Shown one piece after another: positions 17,934 through 27,339 of a DNA stretch of 64,000 nucleotides. Position 1 is the stretch's first letter, and every line of letters begins with the position of its first letter. The position numbers and the translations under genes are program-made. Location of the stretch: assembly GCA_049322915.1 (NCBI GenBank), contig JBMOPW010000004.1, forward strand, positions 32,001 through 96,000. The letters run 5' to 3'. Source of the DNA: Candidatus Zhuqueibacterota bacterium. GTDB taxonomy: Bacteria > Zhuqueibacterota > Zhuqueibacteria > Thermofontimicrobiales > Thermofontimicrobiaceae. Below the pieces are notes generated by a model, which saw nothing but the letters and a program-made list of their open reading frames with translations, searched no databases and was not told the DNA's origin.

Positions 17934-19427
17934 TTATTTCATAAAAAATTTGATTGAGAAAATGACTCCCATCATATCCCGAATTGCATTGCCGGGAGTG
18001 TCCGTTGGCCTTTGTCGACCGATGTAAGCGTATAGATCGGACTCCATGCCTTCCCGCGACAGACCCAATCCCCAGGTGAAAATGTGCGCGCTGTGTGCCG
18101 GGAGAAATTCACTGAAGTCAAGTAACGCCGCCTCTGTTTCATTCTCGCGATACAAATACCCGGCCCTAATCGCCCAACCCTGTAACAGGCGAACTTCGGC
18201 GCCACATTTCAATTCCCGGCCGGTGACATCGCCATTGGCAAACAGGTGGCTGACATAATCCTTCTTGTCGACTGAGGCAGCGCTCCACGATGCTTCGATG
18301 CCGGCAGAGAGAGGCATCGTTTCCGGCTCAAAGGCAAGGCCACAGCCAACCACGTTCTGAGCAAAATGGTCATCGCCCAGCAGCAGGTCGAACCGCGGAT
18401 GTTTCGCCCAGTCGTTGTAATAAATTCGATCTATTGAAAATCCCAGGAGGAACGGTACATTCGGCGCATGCAACCGGTTCGCCCAGTGAATTTCATAGCC
18501 GCCCAATTCCCATGTCCCATCTTTCACCGGTTTCGAACGGCTCTCGGTGGCGTCCAACGTCGCCAGCGTGGAGCGGACGTTGACAGCGGATTCCACAAAT
18601 TCCACCGGCCGGTAATTGGATTGAAAACCGATCTGGTAATGGGCGGTTTTTGTGAATCGTTCCATTTCGCCAATTCGCTCTGAACCCATGGTCTCGCCGC
18701 GGAATTTCATGACGATGATGGACCTCGGATCGTTGGAACTGGGCGGAATACATTCCGTGAATTCCTGAGTGTGCGAATACGTGAAGGTAGCGCCCAGGGA
18801 TAACTGATCATTCACGATGTAGGCCAGTCCTGTACCGAGGCTGGCGTAGCGGTAAAGCGTTCGGGATTGAGGAAAATAGTCCTTCAGCCCTGTTTCAATC
18901 TGATATTCGAGTGAAGCGCCAAAAAACAATTTATCCTGAAAAATATTTCTGCTGTATTCGGCTGAGATAGTGGGCCCCCAGTAGTTAATCGAGCCAGTGG
19001 TATTATCGGCCAATCGGAACGGATGCGCTTCGTAGGGATTACGGTTGATCGCCTGATAGACGTTGTTGATGCTCAAATTGTGATAGTCGACCACGCCATG
19101 GAATACCTGATTTTTACCCATCACTTTGACGCCCTCAACAAATGCGTTCAGGTCAACAGTCGATTCAGGGTCATAGATTCGCCTGAAATCGCCGGTGAAC
19201 ATATCGGTGGTGAAATACGACCGCAGCCAGGAACGCGTCTGGTCTTTGATGAGCCAGGCGGGATTGGCGCCAAAATCATAAAGGTTGAGCTGATTGTCTT
19301 TATCTTCGAGGATGAGCTTCAACTGCCCCATGGATTGTACCCGCAGATCCGATGCAGCAAGCGTCGCTGATAGAGTGAGAATGACAATAATAATTAAGGC
19401 TTTGTGCGCATATCTGTTGATGACCAT
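17934..19427 (-). CDS. outer-membrane beta-barrel, DUF6850-like
   Basis: Signal peptide; YDFGANPAWL; NPYEAHPFRLADNTTG; many amphipathic strands; last gene of the TBDR-DUF4876 locus. Confidence 0.7.
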   Translation of the reverse strand: MVINRYAHKALIIIVILTLSATLAASDLRVQSMGQLKLILEDKDNQLNLYDFGANPAWLIKDQTRSWLRSYFTTDMFTGDFRRIYDPESTVDLNAFVEGVKVMGKNQVFHGVVDYHNLSINNVYQAINRNPYEAHPFRLADNTTGSINYWGPTISAEYSRNIFQDKLFFGASLEYQIETGLKDYFPQSRTLYRYASLGTGLAYIVNDQLSLGATFTYSHTQEFTECIPPSSNDPRSIIVMKFRGETMGSERIGEMERFTKTAHYQIGFQSNYRPVEFVESAVNVRSTLATLDATESRSKPVKDGTWELGGYEIHWANRLHAPNVPFLLGFSIDRIYYNDWAKHPRFDLLLGDDHFAQNVVGCGLAFEPETMPLSAGIEASWSAASVDKKDYVSHLFANGDVTGRELKCGAEVRLLQGWAIRAGYLYRENETEAALLDFSEFLPAHSAHIFTWGLGLSREGMESDLYAYIGRQRPTDTPGNAIRDMMGVIFSIKFFMK

Positions 19428-19578
19428 TCTGGTTTCCTGCTACGTTAGGTGTCAATTGAATTGTTATTACACAGCGTAATGTTACATAAAACAGCTCTTA
19501 CATTTTCGCATTTGTCTGATCTGCATCACCTGAAGCATTGCCGCCTTGATTCAATGTCATGACGGACGTAAAGTGGTT

Positions 19579-20772
19579 TCATCGTTGCTTTTTCAAAGGC
19601 GCCAGCAGATCGGACTGACTGTGCTGGTATCCCGGCGTTGGGCTGAGGAGGCTGACGAAATCGAACGTGCTGTTATTGGTGTCGTAGCCCGGCCCACCCG
19701 TCTCCGGATTTTCCCGCTCGGTGGAGTGACCGCTATATTTTTGAATGCCATTTCCTGCCAATCCGGTATCGAGACGCGAGTCCATCTCTTTATTTGCATC
19801 CGGCGACGTCGCATATTCGACGCCATCCAGTACCTCGGCAAAGTTGAGCAAAATATAACCCTCGTCGGTGTAAACAAACTGGGCCACATCAGCGACTCTG
19901 GCCAGGATAACGCCATTGTGGGTGAGCGATGTCATGAAATCCACCGGGCGGTTGGGATTGACGTTGATTAAATTCGGCACATTGGGATTGTCCAGGTCGT
20001 TTCCCAATTGATTATAACATTCCCAGTCAGCGTGGGACAGGTCGATGCTGCCGGGCGCTCCGCCAACGGCCACATGATCCAGGGCATCCTGGGCGACGAC
20101 GATAAATTGTCCCGGTTGAATAGGATTGTCCGTGCCATTGCCGGGGAATTGATAGACGTAAAAAACTTCAGCAAATAGCCCCAGATAATCCAATCGCGTG
20201 GAAGCGCGGCACAGGAGCAATCCATCCAGATATTGTACTGACTCCGAAGCATTGTACAGCTCGACGAATTGATCCGAGTAATATATGCCGCTGGATGCCG
20301 GGCCACTGTAGTAAATTTCGTTCATTACGATGGATGATAAGGTATTTGCTCCCATGTAGATGACATACCGGCTACTGGGATCAGGCGTCCTGCTCAGGTC
20401 CAATTCAATGGAGCCTGTTAATTGTACGGCAATGGCGCGCTGATTCAATTCCAGGTTTGTTTCTAAGGAAATGAATTTATCAGCGGAAATGCGGTAGCGC
20501 GCGGCGCGAACATTGTCAAGTTCGAAAAAACCATTTTCATCGGTTTCCAAATCCAAGGGAGCCTGATATTCCACGCAGGTAGCGCGGACGCGCGCGCCGG
20601 GCACACCGGTCAAATCCGAAAGCGATTTGCCAGCTAATGTGCCGGAGGTGTCAATGACGATGAAGCCAGCGCTGACTGTCCCGTCGATGGCGGTTGGTTT
20701 CTCTGCAGAGCAGTATAAAAAAAGAAGATAGGCTGAAGTGATTGTCCAGATTTTCAATGCGTGAAATTTCAT
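19579..20772 (-). CDS. DUF4876-like lipoprotein (paralog 3 in transcription order)
   Basis: Lipobox FLYC; IVMNEIYYSG..YYSDQFVELYNAS..YLDGL; FPGNG..PI.PG; DLSHADWE; DNPNVP; DTNNSTFDF. Confidence 0.85.
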   Translation of the reverse strand: MKFHALKIWTITSAYLLFLYCSAEKPTAIDGTVSAGFIVIDTSGTLAGKSLSDLTGVPGARVRATCVEYQAPLDLETDENGFFELDNVRAARYRISADKFISLETNLELNQRAIAVQLTGSIELDLSRTPDPSSRYVIYMGANTLSSIVMNEIYYSGPASSGIYYSDQFVELYNASESVQYLDGLLLCRASTRLDYLGLFAEVFYVYQFPGNGTDNPIQPGQFIVVAQDALDHVAVGGAPGSIDLSHADWECYNQLGNDLDNPNVPNLINVNPNRPVDFMTSLTHNGVILARVADVAQFVYTDEGYILLNFAEVLDGVEYATSPDANKEMDSRLDTGLAGNGIQKYSGHSTERENPETGGPGYDTNNSTFDFVSLLSPTPGYQHSQSDLLAPLKKQR

Positions 20773-22650
20773 TCAATGTCTCTGTTATTTTCGGGGAATG
20801 ATATCCTGTTCAGAGTGCTGCCAGCCCGGCGTTGGATGATACAGACGGACAAAATCAAACGTGCTGTTGTTGCTATCGTAACCCGGACCGCCTGTTTCCG
20901 GATGATGGCGCTCAATGGATTTTCCTGAGTACGCTGAAATGGTATACCCGGCCAGTCCGGCGTCAATTCTGGAGTCGAGCACTTTCACATGGTCGGCTTC
21001 CGGTGCATATTCGACGCCGTCCACAATATCCTGAATGTTAAATAATTTATTCGACTCGTCGTAAAAAGGAACAGCATCCAGATCGTCCACCTGGATGAGA
21101 CATACTTTATCGTAAAATAAATTCATAAAGAAATCCAAATAGTCGGGTATCGGCTCGGCGTTGAGAACATTCGGCACATTGGGATTATCCAGATCGGAAG
21201 AGAGTTGATTATAGAATTCCCAATCGGCATGGGATAAATCGATGCTGCCGATCGCGCCGCCTGCATTCACATGATCGATGGCGTCCTGCGCCACAACGAC
21301 AAGTTGGCCCGGTTCGATGGGATAGTCCGTCCCTGAGCCGGGAAATTGGTAATAGCAATACGCGGCATGTTGGTTGGCGAACACCGCTTCGCTGTACATC
21401 CGGCAGATGAGCAACTGGTCCAGGTATTGGATGGAATCCGATGCATTGTACAACTCGATGAATTGATCCGAATAGTAGATGCCGGAGTTCGGTGGGCCGC
21501 TGTAATAAATTTCGTTCATTACAATCGATGATAAGTTGGTCGCTCCCATGTAGATGACATAGCGGCTGTCGGGATCTGGCGTCCTGCTCAGGTCCAATTC
21601 AATGGAGCCGGTTAATTGTACGGCAATGGCGCGCTGATTCAACTCCAGGTTTGTTGCCCGGGGAATGAACTTATCAGCGGAAATGCGGTAGCGCGCTGCG
21701 CGAACATTGTCAAGTTCGAAAAAGCCATTTTCATCGGTTTTCAAATCCATAGGGTCATAATATTCCACGCAGTTAACGCGGACGCGCGCGCCGGGAACGC
21801 CGGCCAAATCAGAAAGAGATCTATCAGTCACGGTGCCGGATGTATCGATGACGATGAATCTGGCAATGACAGTACCGTCGATTGCAGTGGGCTTATCAGC
21901 TGAACAGTATAAAAACAGCAGATATGCTGAAAAGAAAATGATGAATTTTGCTTCGCGGAATTTCATTCAATGTCTCTGCTATTTTCGCGGAATGATATCC
22001 TGTTCAGTGTGCTGCCAGCCCGGCGTTGGATGATACAGACTGACAAAATCAAACGTGCTGTTGTTGCTATCGTAGCCCGGACCGCCTGTTTCCGGATGAT
22101 GGCGCTCAATGGATTTTCCTGAGTAGGATGAAATGGTATACCCGGCCAGTCCGGCGTCAATTCTGGAGTCGAGCACTTTCACATGGTCGGCGTCCGGCGA
22201 ATATTCGACGCCGTCCACAATATCCTGAATGTTAAATAATTTATCTGACTCGTCGTAAAATGGAACAGCATCCAGATCGTCCACCTGGATGAGACATACT
22301 TTATCGCTATTCAAATTGATCATGAAATCCCAGCCTCCTGATATCGGCGAAGCATTGAGCACATTCGGCACATTGGGATTATCCAGATCAGAATAAAGTT
22401 GATTATAGAATTCCCAGTCAGCATGCGATAAGTCGATGCTGCCGACCGCGCCGCCAACGTTCACATGATCGATGGCGTCCTGCGCCACGACGACAAATTG
22501 ACCCGGTTCGATGGGATAGTCCGTCCCTGAGCCGGGAAACTGATAGTACCGAATTGCAGCATGCTGGTTGGTGAACTCGGCGTGGCTGGACATCCGGCAA
22601 ATGAGCAATTGGTCCAGGTATTGCGTCGTATCCGAGGCATTGTACAACTC
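20260..22650. repeat. diverged tandem duplication, period 1194 bp (boundaries approximate)
   Basis: Starts 20772/21966 and stops 20785/21979 are both 1194 apart; near-identical DNA at about 20764-21112 vs 21958-22306 and about 20348-20545 vs 21542-21739. Confidence 0.85.
20785..21966 (-). CDS. DUF4876-like lipoprotein (paralog 2, chimeric)
   Basis: Same motifs; N-half matches 19579-20772 and C-half matches 21979-23187. Confidence 0.85.
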   Translation of the reverse strand: MKFREAKFIIFFSAYLLFLYCSADKPTAIDGTVIARFIVIDTSGTVTDRSLSDLAGVPGARVRVNCVEYYDPMDLKTDENGFFELDNVRAARYRISADKFIPRATNLELNQRAIAVQLTGSIELDLSRTPDPDSRYVIYMGATNLSSIVMNEIYYSGPPNSGIYYSDQFIELYNASDSIQYLDQLLICRMYSEAVFANQHAAYCYYQFPGSGTDYPIEPGQLVVVAQDAIDHVNAGGAIGSIDLSHADWEFYNQLSSDLDNPNVPNVLNAEPIPDYLDFFMNLFYDKVCLIQVDDLDAVPFYDESNKLFNIQDIVDGVEYAPEADHVKVLDSRIDAGLAGYTISAYSGKSIERHHPETGGPGYDSNNSTFDFVRLYHPTPGWQHSEQDIIPRK

Positions 22651-23187
22651 GATGTATTGATCGGAAAAATAAAGCCCGCTATTAGCCGGGCAGGCATAGT
22701 AAATCTCATTAATCACAATGGATGAAAGGAAAGAAGCGCCGACCGGAATGAAATAATAATTGTTCTCTTCCTGATGTTCCGAAAGATCGATTTCTACGGA
22801 GCCGCTCAACATCACATCCTGCGCTTTTTGGCCGACGGCGACCATGGAATCGCTGGGGAAAAATTTATCCGCAGAAATGCGGTAGCGACCGGCGAGAATA
22901 TCTTTTACTTCCAAAAAGCCATTTTCGTCGGTTTCGTACATCAACGGCGAGGAATAATCGATGGCGCTCAGCCGAACACGCGCACAGGGGACGCCAATCA
23001 ATTTTGATAATGAAAAGTCGGCCAATGTGCCGGAGGTGTCCACAACCATAAATCGTACGCTGACCGTTCCATCGACTGCGGACGGCTTTTCAGTGGAGCA
23101 GTGGAAATGCATTGAAACAATGAGCAAAGATCCAAGGCCGAAGATTATTTTGTTGAAGAACGAACGAGTCATTGACATGAATCTCAT
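21979..23187 (-). CDS. DUF4876-like lipoprotein (paralog 1)
   Basis: Probable lipoprotein Cys (FHCSTEKP); same DUF4876-like motifs. Confidence 0.85.
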   Translation of the reverse strand: MRFMSMTRSFFNKIIFGLGSLLIVSMHFHCSTEKPSAVDGTVSVRFMVVDTSGTLADFSLSKLIGVPCARVRLSAIDYSSPLMYETDENGFLEVKDILAGRYRISADKFFPSDSMVAVGQKAQDVMLSGSVEIDLSEHQEENNYYFIPVGASFLSSIVINEIYYACPANSGLYFSDQYIELYNASDTTQYLDQLLICRMSSHAEFTNQHAAIRYYQFPGSGTDYPIEPGQFVVVAQDAIDHVNVGGAVGSIDLSHADWEFYNQLYSDLDNPNVPNVLNASPISGGWDFMINLNSDKVCLIQVDDLDAVPFYDESDKLFNIQDIVDGVEYSPDADHVKVLDSRIDAGLAGYTISSYSGKSIERHHPETGGPGYDSNNSTFDFVSLYHPTPGWQHTEQDIIPRK

Positions 23188-23192
23188 TTAGG

Positions 23193-25919
23193 TTAAAACA
23201 GTTTATCGATGAGCATGCTGATTTCCATGCCGTAAAAAATTTCCGGATTGCCGGGCAGGTAATAGCCGGGATAACGCGGATCTTCATAAAAGGCGCGATC
23301 ATCTAAAAAATTGTTCACAAAAAGAGACACCTCCGCGCCGCGGAACAACGACTTGCTCACGCGGACATTGAACAGCCACTTGTTGGGATAGAAGAACGTC
23401 ATATAATCGATCGGGTTACGGGTGAGGCGATAGTTATCATACTCCGGATTCATGCGCTCGTGATTGGGAATTTGCACGATCTCGTTGGTCAGGCCATTGT
23501 AATAGGCTACTGCCAGAGAGTCGCTGTACCCGACTGTTTTGGTCTTGTAATGCGGCCGTTGCTGCGCTGTGAGAGAGACCCAGATGCCCAGGGGCTTTGA
23601 CACGTAATTCACCTGATAGGTCAGTAATAATTTTTGCGTCCAGCGTTTGGTGGGATTGTAGATGGGAATGGTGTAATCAGAACGCACCGAGCCCCAGCTC
23701 AATCCGTCCGATCCGCTCTCCACGTGATGGTAGGTCGCGTTGAAATTGAAATCCATATTGAGCTTTTTCAATCGGCGCGTTTTAAACGTGAATTCGAGTC
23801 CGTCAAAATTGGACCAGCCGCCATTGATCGTTGTTCGCGTGACATCCATCAGCGTATCAGCAATGGATTCGCCTTCTGTGCTCGGCCAGTTGGGTCGGTT
23901 ATATTTGAAATAGACGTAAGGCAATGTCTCGCTGATCGGCTCGTCCGCTCGCTTCGAATAAAATCCTGTGAGGGAAAGGCCGAAATCGCCAATCTGATGG
24001 TCGAGGCTCAGTTCCACTTTGTTCTCCTGGTAGCCCTTTAAATCCGGATTGGACAGGTCGAAAATGTAGGTCGTAACGAGGCTATCGCGCACAAACAGCG
24101 TATCGGTCTCACGAAAAACCGGCACAATATCCAGCACATCCAGATAATAGGGATCCGGGAAAATTTGCATCAGGGCCGGCGACTTGGAGGAGGCGCCATA
24201 ACCCAGACGCACTTGTGTATTCTCACTCAGATAATAGGCCAGATTGATCCGCGGATTGAAGAACGTACCATTTTTCGTTTTCAGCAGATTGAGCCTATCA
24301 AAACGTCCGGTTGAATACCGCTCCAGCCGAAATCCCAGATTGAGCGTAAAGGCTTTCCACAGCGTGCCGCTAATCTGGTCGTTGAAATAAACACTATGCT
24401 GGAACGTGCCGGGCACATCGTCGAATGAACGGGGCCGGTCGCTCGCGCTGCTGGGATACAATAAATCAAACTTTTTGCCTTCGCCAAAGTTATCATCGTA
24501 CTGAAAATTATTTCCAATGTCAAATTTATTCAAATAGCTGCCGGTATAAAACTGCCGCGACCATTCCAGCGTATGGCCAATGCTGACCTCGTCGCCAATG
24601 GTGGTGTAACGGTAAATGTACGGCCCGTATTGGCGAATTCCAATTTGGGTCCCTTCATTGAGCAGCGTCGAGGTGACCCGGTTATCGGCCATGCGGCGAT
24701 ATTGCTTGTATGAATTGACGCGCCGGTAATTCACAAAGAAATTGGAAAGGAGCTCGGTGATCGGATCCAGTTTGTAGGTCAGTTTGTTGCCATAAATGAA
24801 GCGATAGCCTTTATTGATGCTCTCCAGAGCGTCCGGGTCTTCCGGGTTCTGGTGTATCTCCTCGAACAGGGTCGAATATTTGAATTGATTCTTCATCGCC
24901 AAACGCTTGTCGAAAAGATCGTTGTCCAGTATGAGTTGAGCCGCTAAACGCTGGGTGTTATCATAATCTTTCCGAATGTCCTGTTCGCTGTATCCCCAAT
25001 TGACATTGTAATTCACTCCGGTCGCGCCCAAAGGTAAACTGCCGCCCCAGTTGAGTTCTTTCGTGTCCGGATTATTCTTTCCTTTCAGTCGGCTGGTGGG
25101 CTTCATGCTCGTCTTTGTTTTGACATGGATGAGTCCGCCCACGTAATCGCCATGATTCGCCGGGGCGATACCCCGTACAATTTCCACGGATTCAATATTG
25201 TCCGCCGGAATTTCGCGCAAGTCGAGACCATTGGACGTGCCGGTGTAAACGCCGCTGAGCAGCCCACCCTGCATATTGGAATTATTGGAAATAGGAATAT
25301 CGTCGATGACCACTTTTGCGCCAAACGAAGTGACAGAGTTATCGCTTCGGGGATCGCGGATTTGTACCTTGACCGGTTCTTTCAGCGCTGGCTGGTTTTT
25401 CATTTCCACGCCGGGAACAAGGTCCAGGACGTCCCCCAGACTGGTTGCCTGAATATGTTCGATATCGCTGGATTTAATTTGAGTGACGGTTTCCACTTTT
25501 TCGGGCAGCAGCGCTTTTTCAGCGGTAATTTCGATGCCGCCGATGAAGAAGAGGACTTCCTCGGCGTTGGCGCCGGCGACCAGTTCAACGCGGATATTTG
25601 TTGTTAAGCCTGCGGAAATTTTCTGGCGCGGGATGATGGACTTTTGATAGCCGTCTTTGATGAATTCGAGATTATAGGTGCCGGCGGGAATATTCAGAAA
25701 TTCGAATTCCCCTTTTGCATTGGACACGGCCTCAGCGGAAAGATTCTGAATTTTGACGAGAACATCGTTGATAGGTCGAAGGGTGGTCAGATCAACGACT
25801 TTGCCCGTGAGATTGCCAGTTGTTTGCTGTGCAAAACTCCGATTGGAAACAAGTGTGAGAGAAATGAATATCCAGAAAATGCAACGATAGGGTAACCTGA
25901 GATTTTTGAGCACATGCAT
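23193..25919 (-). CDS. TonB-dependent receptor with N-terminal carboxypeptidase-regulatory-like domain
   Basis: GNLTGKVVD..; plug IEHIQATSLGDVLDLVPG, GLDLREIPADNIESVEIVRGI; C-terminal SLFVNNFLD..IFYGMEI. Start chosen at ATG 25919; the ORF track extends to 25997. Confidence 0.92.
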   Translation of the reverse strand: MHVLKNLRLPYRCIFWIFISLTLVSNRSFAQQTTGNLTGKVVDLTTLRPINDVLVKIQNLSAEAVSNAKGEFEFLNIPAGTYNLEFIKDGYQKSIIPRQKISAGLTTNIRVELVAGANAEEVLFFIGGIEITAEKALLPEKVETVTQIKSSDIEHIQATSLGDVLDLVPGVEMKNQPALKEPVKVQIRDPRSDNSVTSFGAKVVIDDIPISNNSNMQGGLLSGVYTGTSNGLDLREIPADNIESVEIVRGIAPANHGDYVGGLIHVKTKTSMKPTSRLKGKNNPDTKELNWGGSLPLGATGVNYNVNWGYSEQDIRKDYDNTQRLAAQLILDNDLFDKRLAMKNQFKYSTLFEEIHQNPEDPDALESINKGYRFIYGNKLTYKLDPITELLSNFFVNYRRVNSYKQYRRMADNRVTSTLLNEGTQIGIRQYGPYIYRYTTIGDEVSIGHTLEWSRQFYTGSYLNKFDIGNNFQYDDNFGEGKKFDLLYPSSASDRPRSFDDVPGTFQHSVYFNDQISGTLWKAFTLNLGFRLERYSTGRFDRLNLLKTKNGTFFNPRINLAYYLSENTQVRLGYGASSKSPALMQIFPDPYYLDVLDIVPVFRETDTLFVRDSLVTTYIFDLSNPDLKGYQENKVELSLDHQIGDFGLSLTGFYSKRADEPISETLPYVYFKYNRPNWPSTEGESIADTLMDVTRTTINGGWSNFDGLEFTFKTRRLKKLNMDFNFNATYHHVESGSDGLSWGSVRSDYTIPIYNPTKRWTQKLLLTYQVNYVSKPLGIWVSLTAQQRPHYKTKTVGYSDSLAVAYYNGLTNEIVQIPNHERMNPEYDNYRLTRNPIDYMTFFYPNKWLFNVRVSKSLFRGAEVSLFVNNFLDDRAFYEDPRYPGYYLPGNPEIFYGMEISMLIDKLF

Positions 25920-26056
25920 GTTCTTACTCGCTTCGTAAAGAATAGCCCGATTTATAGGATTATATAAAACCTGGGTGGGATGGACAGTTGCCTTCAACCG
26001 ACCTGATCGGAATTTTAGACAGGGTAAGTTGAACCACGGTCTGAAAATGTTAAAAA

Positions 26057-26085
26057 AATATAATCAGAAAAATCAGGAAAGTCAA
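26057..26085 (-). promoter_or_regulatory. sigma70-type promoter TTGACT-N17-TATATT for the TBDR operon
   Basis: Minus strand -35 at 26085-26080 and -10 at 26062-26057. Confidence 0.65.
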
Positions 26086-26214
26086 CAAAAATTTCCGGCG
26101 GTACTTTTAGCCCATCGTGTGTTGGAAAGGAATTGTGAAGAGATTAAATTGAAATGGGAAAGTCGTGGAATTCATTCTGCCAGGAGTGATTTCAGAAGAG
26201 AACCAGCCACAGCA

Positions 26215-26571
26215 TCATTTCAGTGTAGCCGAATAGTCTCTGAATTCCTGTAATTCAGCTTTGAGTTCACGAAATAAATCGAATAACGTCCCGGAGCTAG
26301 ACAGGTCAGTGGCCCTGTGCTCAAGTCGTTCCGATATCGCCTGCAACGAGGAAACGCCCAGATTGGCCGCGCTACCTTTGATGGAGTGTGCGGCAAATTT
26401 CACTTTTTCATGTTCATCAGAGGCAATTCCATCTTCGATGTTTTTGAGATACTCATGCAACGTGTCGAAAAACAATGTGATCATCTTGAGATAAAACTCA
26501 AAATTGCCGCGAAACCGATTGTGAATGACATCCTGAATGGATGCATGATTTTTATATTGATCTGGAAGCAT
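26215..26571 (-). CDS. stand-alone Hpt phosphotransfer protein
   Basis: AAHSIKGSAANLG...ISERLE. Confidence 0.9.
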   Translation of the reverse strand: MLPDQYKNHASIQDVIHNRFRGNFEFYLKMITLFFDTLHEYLKNIEDGIASDEHEKVKFAAHSIKGSAANLGVSSLQAISERLEHRATDLSSSGTLFDLFRELKAELQEFRDYSATLK

Positions 26572-26620
26572 GCTACTCTCGGTTTTTTAATGAGATCAAC
26601 TATTTCAGTCCATGCAAGAA

Positions 26621-26971
26621 TCAGCCTTCGTTGTGCCAATATCTTTTCACCCGATTAATTTCCATTTTGAGCGTCGAAATGGCTTCTTCAGCGCGATCCA
26701 GTTGGTTTTCAAAACCAATTTGTTCCAGCACTAGCGCAGACTGATGGACAAAGTTCACGCCTAAATTTCCGGCAGCGCCTTTGATACTATGAGCAAGTTC
26801 GCGAATGGATTGCGCCTGCTGGTTTTTAATGGCATCGTCCAGAGCTTTGATCTGCTCCTCTGATTGTTCGAAGAATAAATCCATGAGTTCATGATATAAT
26901 TCAAAATCACCGCCTGTCCGCCGGATACCGCCTTCTTTGTCGATGAGCAAATCCGAATTCGTTGTTACCAT
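26621..26971 (-). CDS. stand-alone Hpt phosphotransfer protein
   Basis: GGDFELYHELMDLF; LAHSIKGAAGNLG...LE. Confidence 0.92.
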   Translation of the reverse strand: MVTTNSDLLIDKEGGIRRTGGDFELYHELMDLFFEQSEEQIKALDDAIKNQQAQSIRELAHSIKGAAGNLGVNFVHQSALVLEQIGFENQLDRAEEAISTLKMEINRVKRYWHNEG

Positions 26972-27339
26972 GTCCCGCCTTTCAGAAATGTTGGCTTTGT
27001 TTCATTGTATCCTCATTCTCGCGCCGTTGCCGAATAAAACCTGTCCCTTGCTGCGAATGAGAATATACCAGCAAAGAGATACATGCTGCTTTGTTATAAA
27101 ATCGGTTTATTTTGACAAATGTTTAGTGAAAAAATTCCTCATTCGTTCAGAGTGGCGATAGGACTGAATTGCCGATGAGTTGAAGGATAACAGATATGTT
27201 AAATCAATAAAAATTACTTGAATTTTTCACTAAATATTCTATATTTGATATTGTTTATTTTCGAGCATGGTTTACGGAAAACTGACTGAGGCGTACTCAA
27301 TATTTTTTGAATGCAGTATTGAAAAGCGAAGTTACACCT

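Noticed and set aside
19579..23187. Diversity-generating retroelement (TR/VR pair) explanation for the near-identical segments
   Set aside because: No reverse transcriptase in the window, both copies are inside intact genes, and the differences are not restricted to adenines.
25920..26056. Cobalamin/TPP riboswitch or Fur box before the TBDR
   Set aside because: No recognisable conserved motifs; only a weak TTCAAC/GTTGAA stem.
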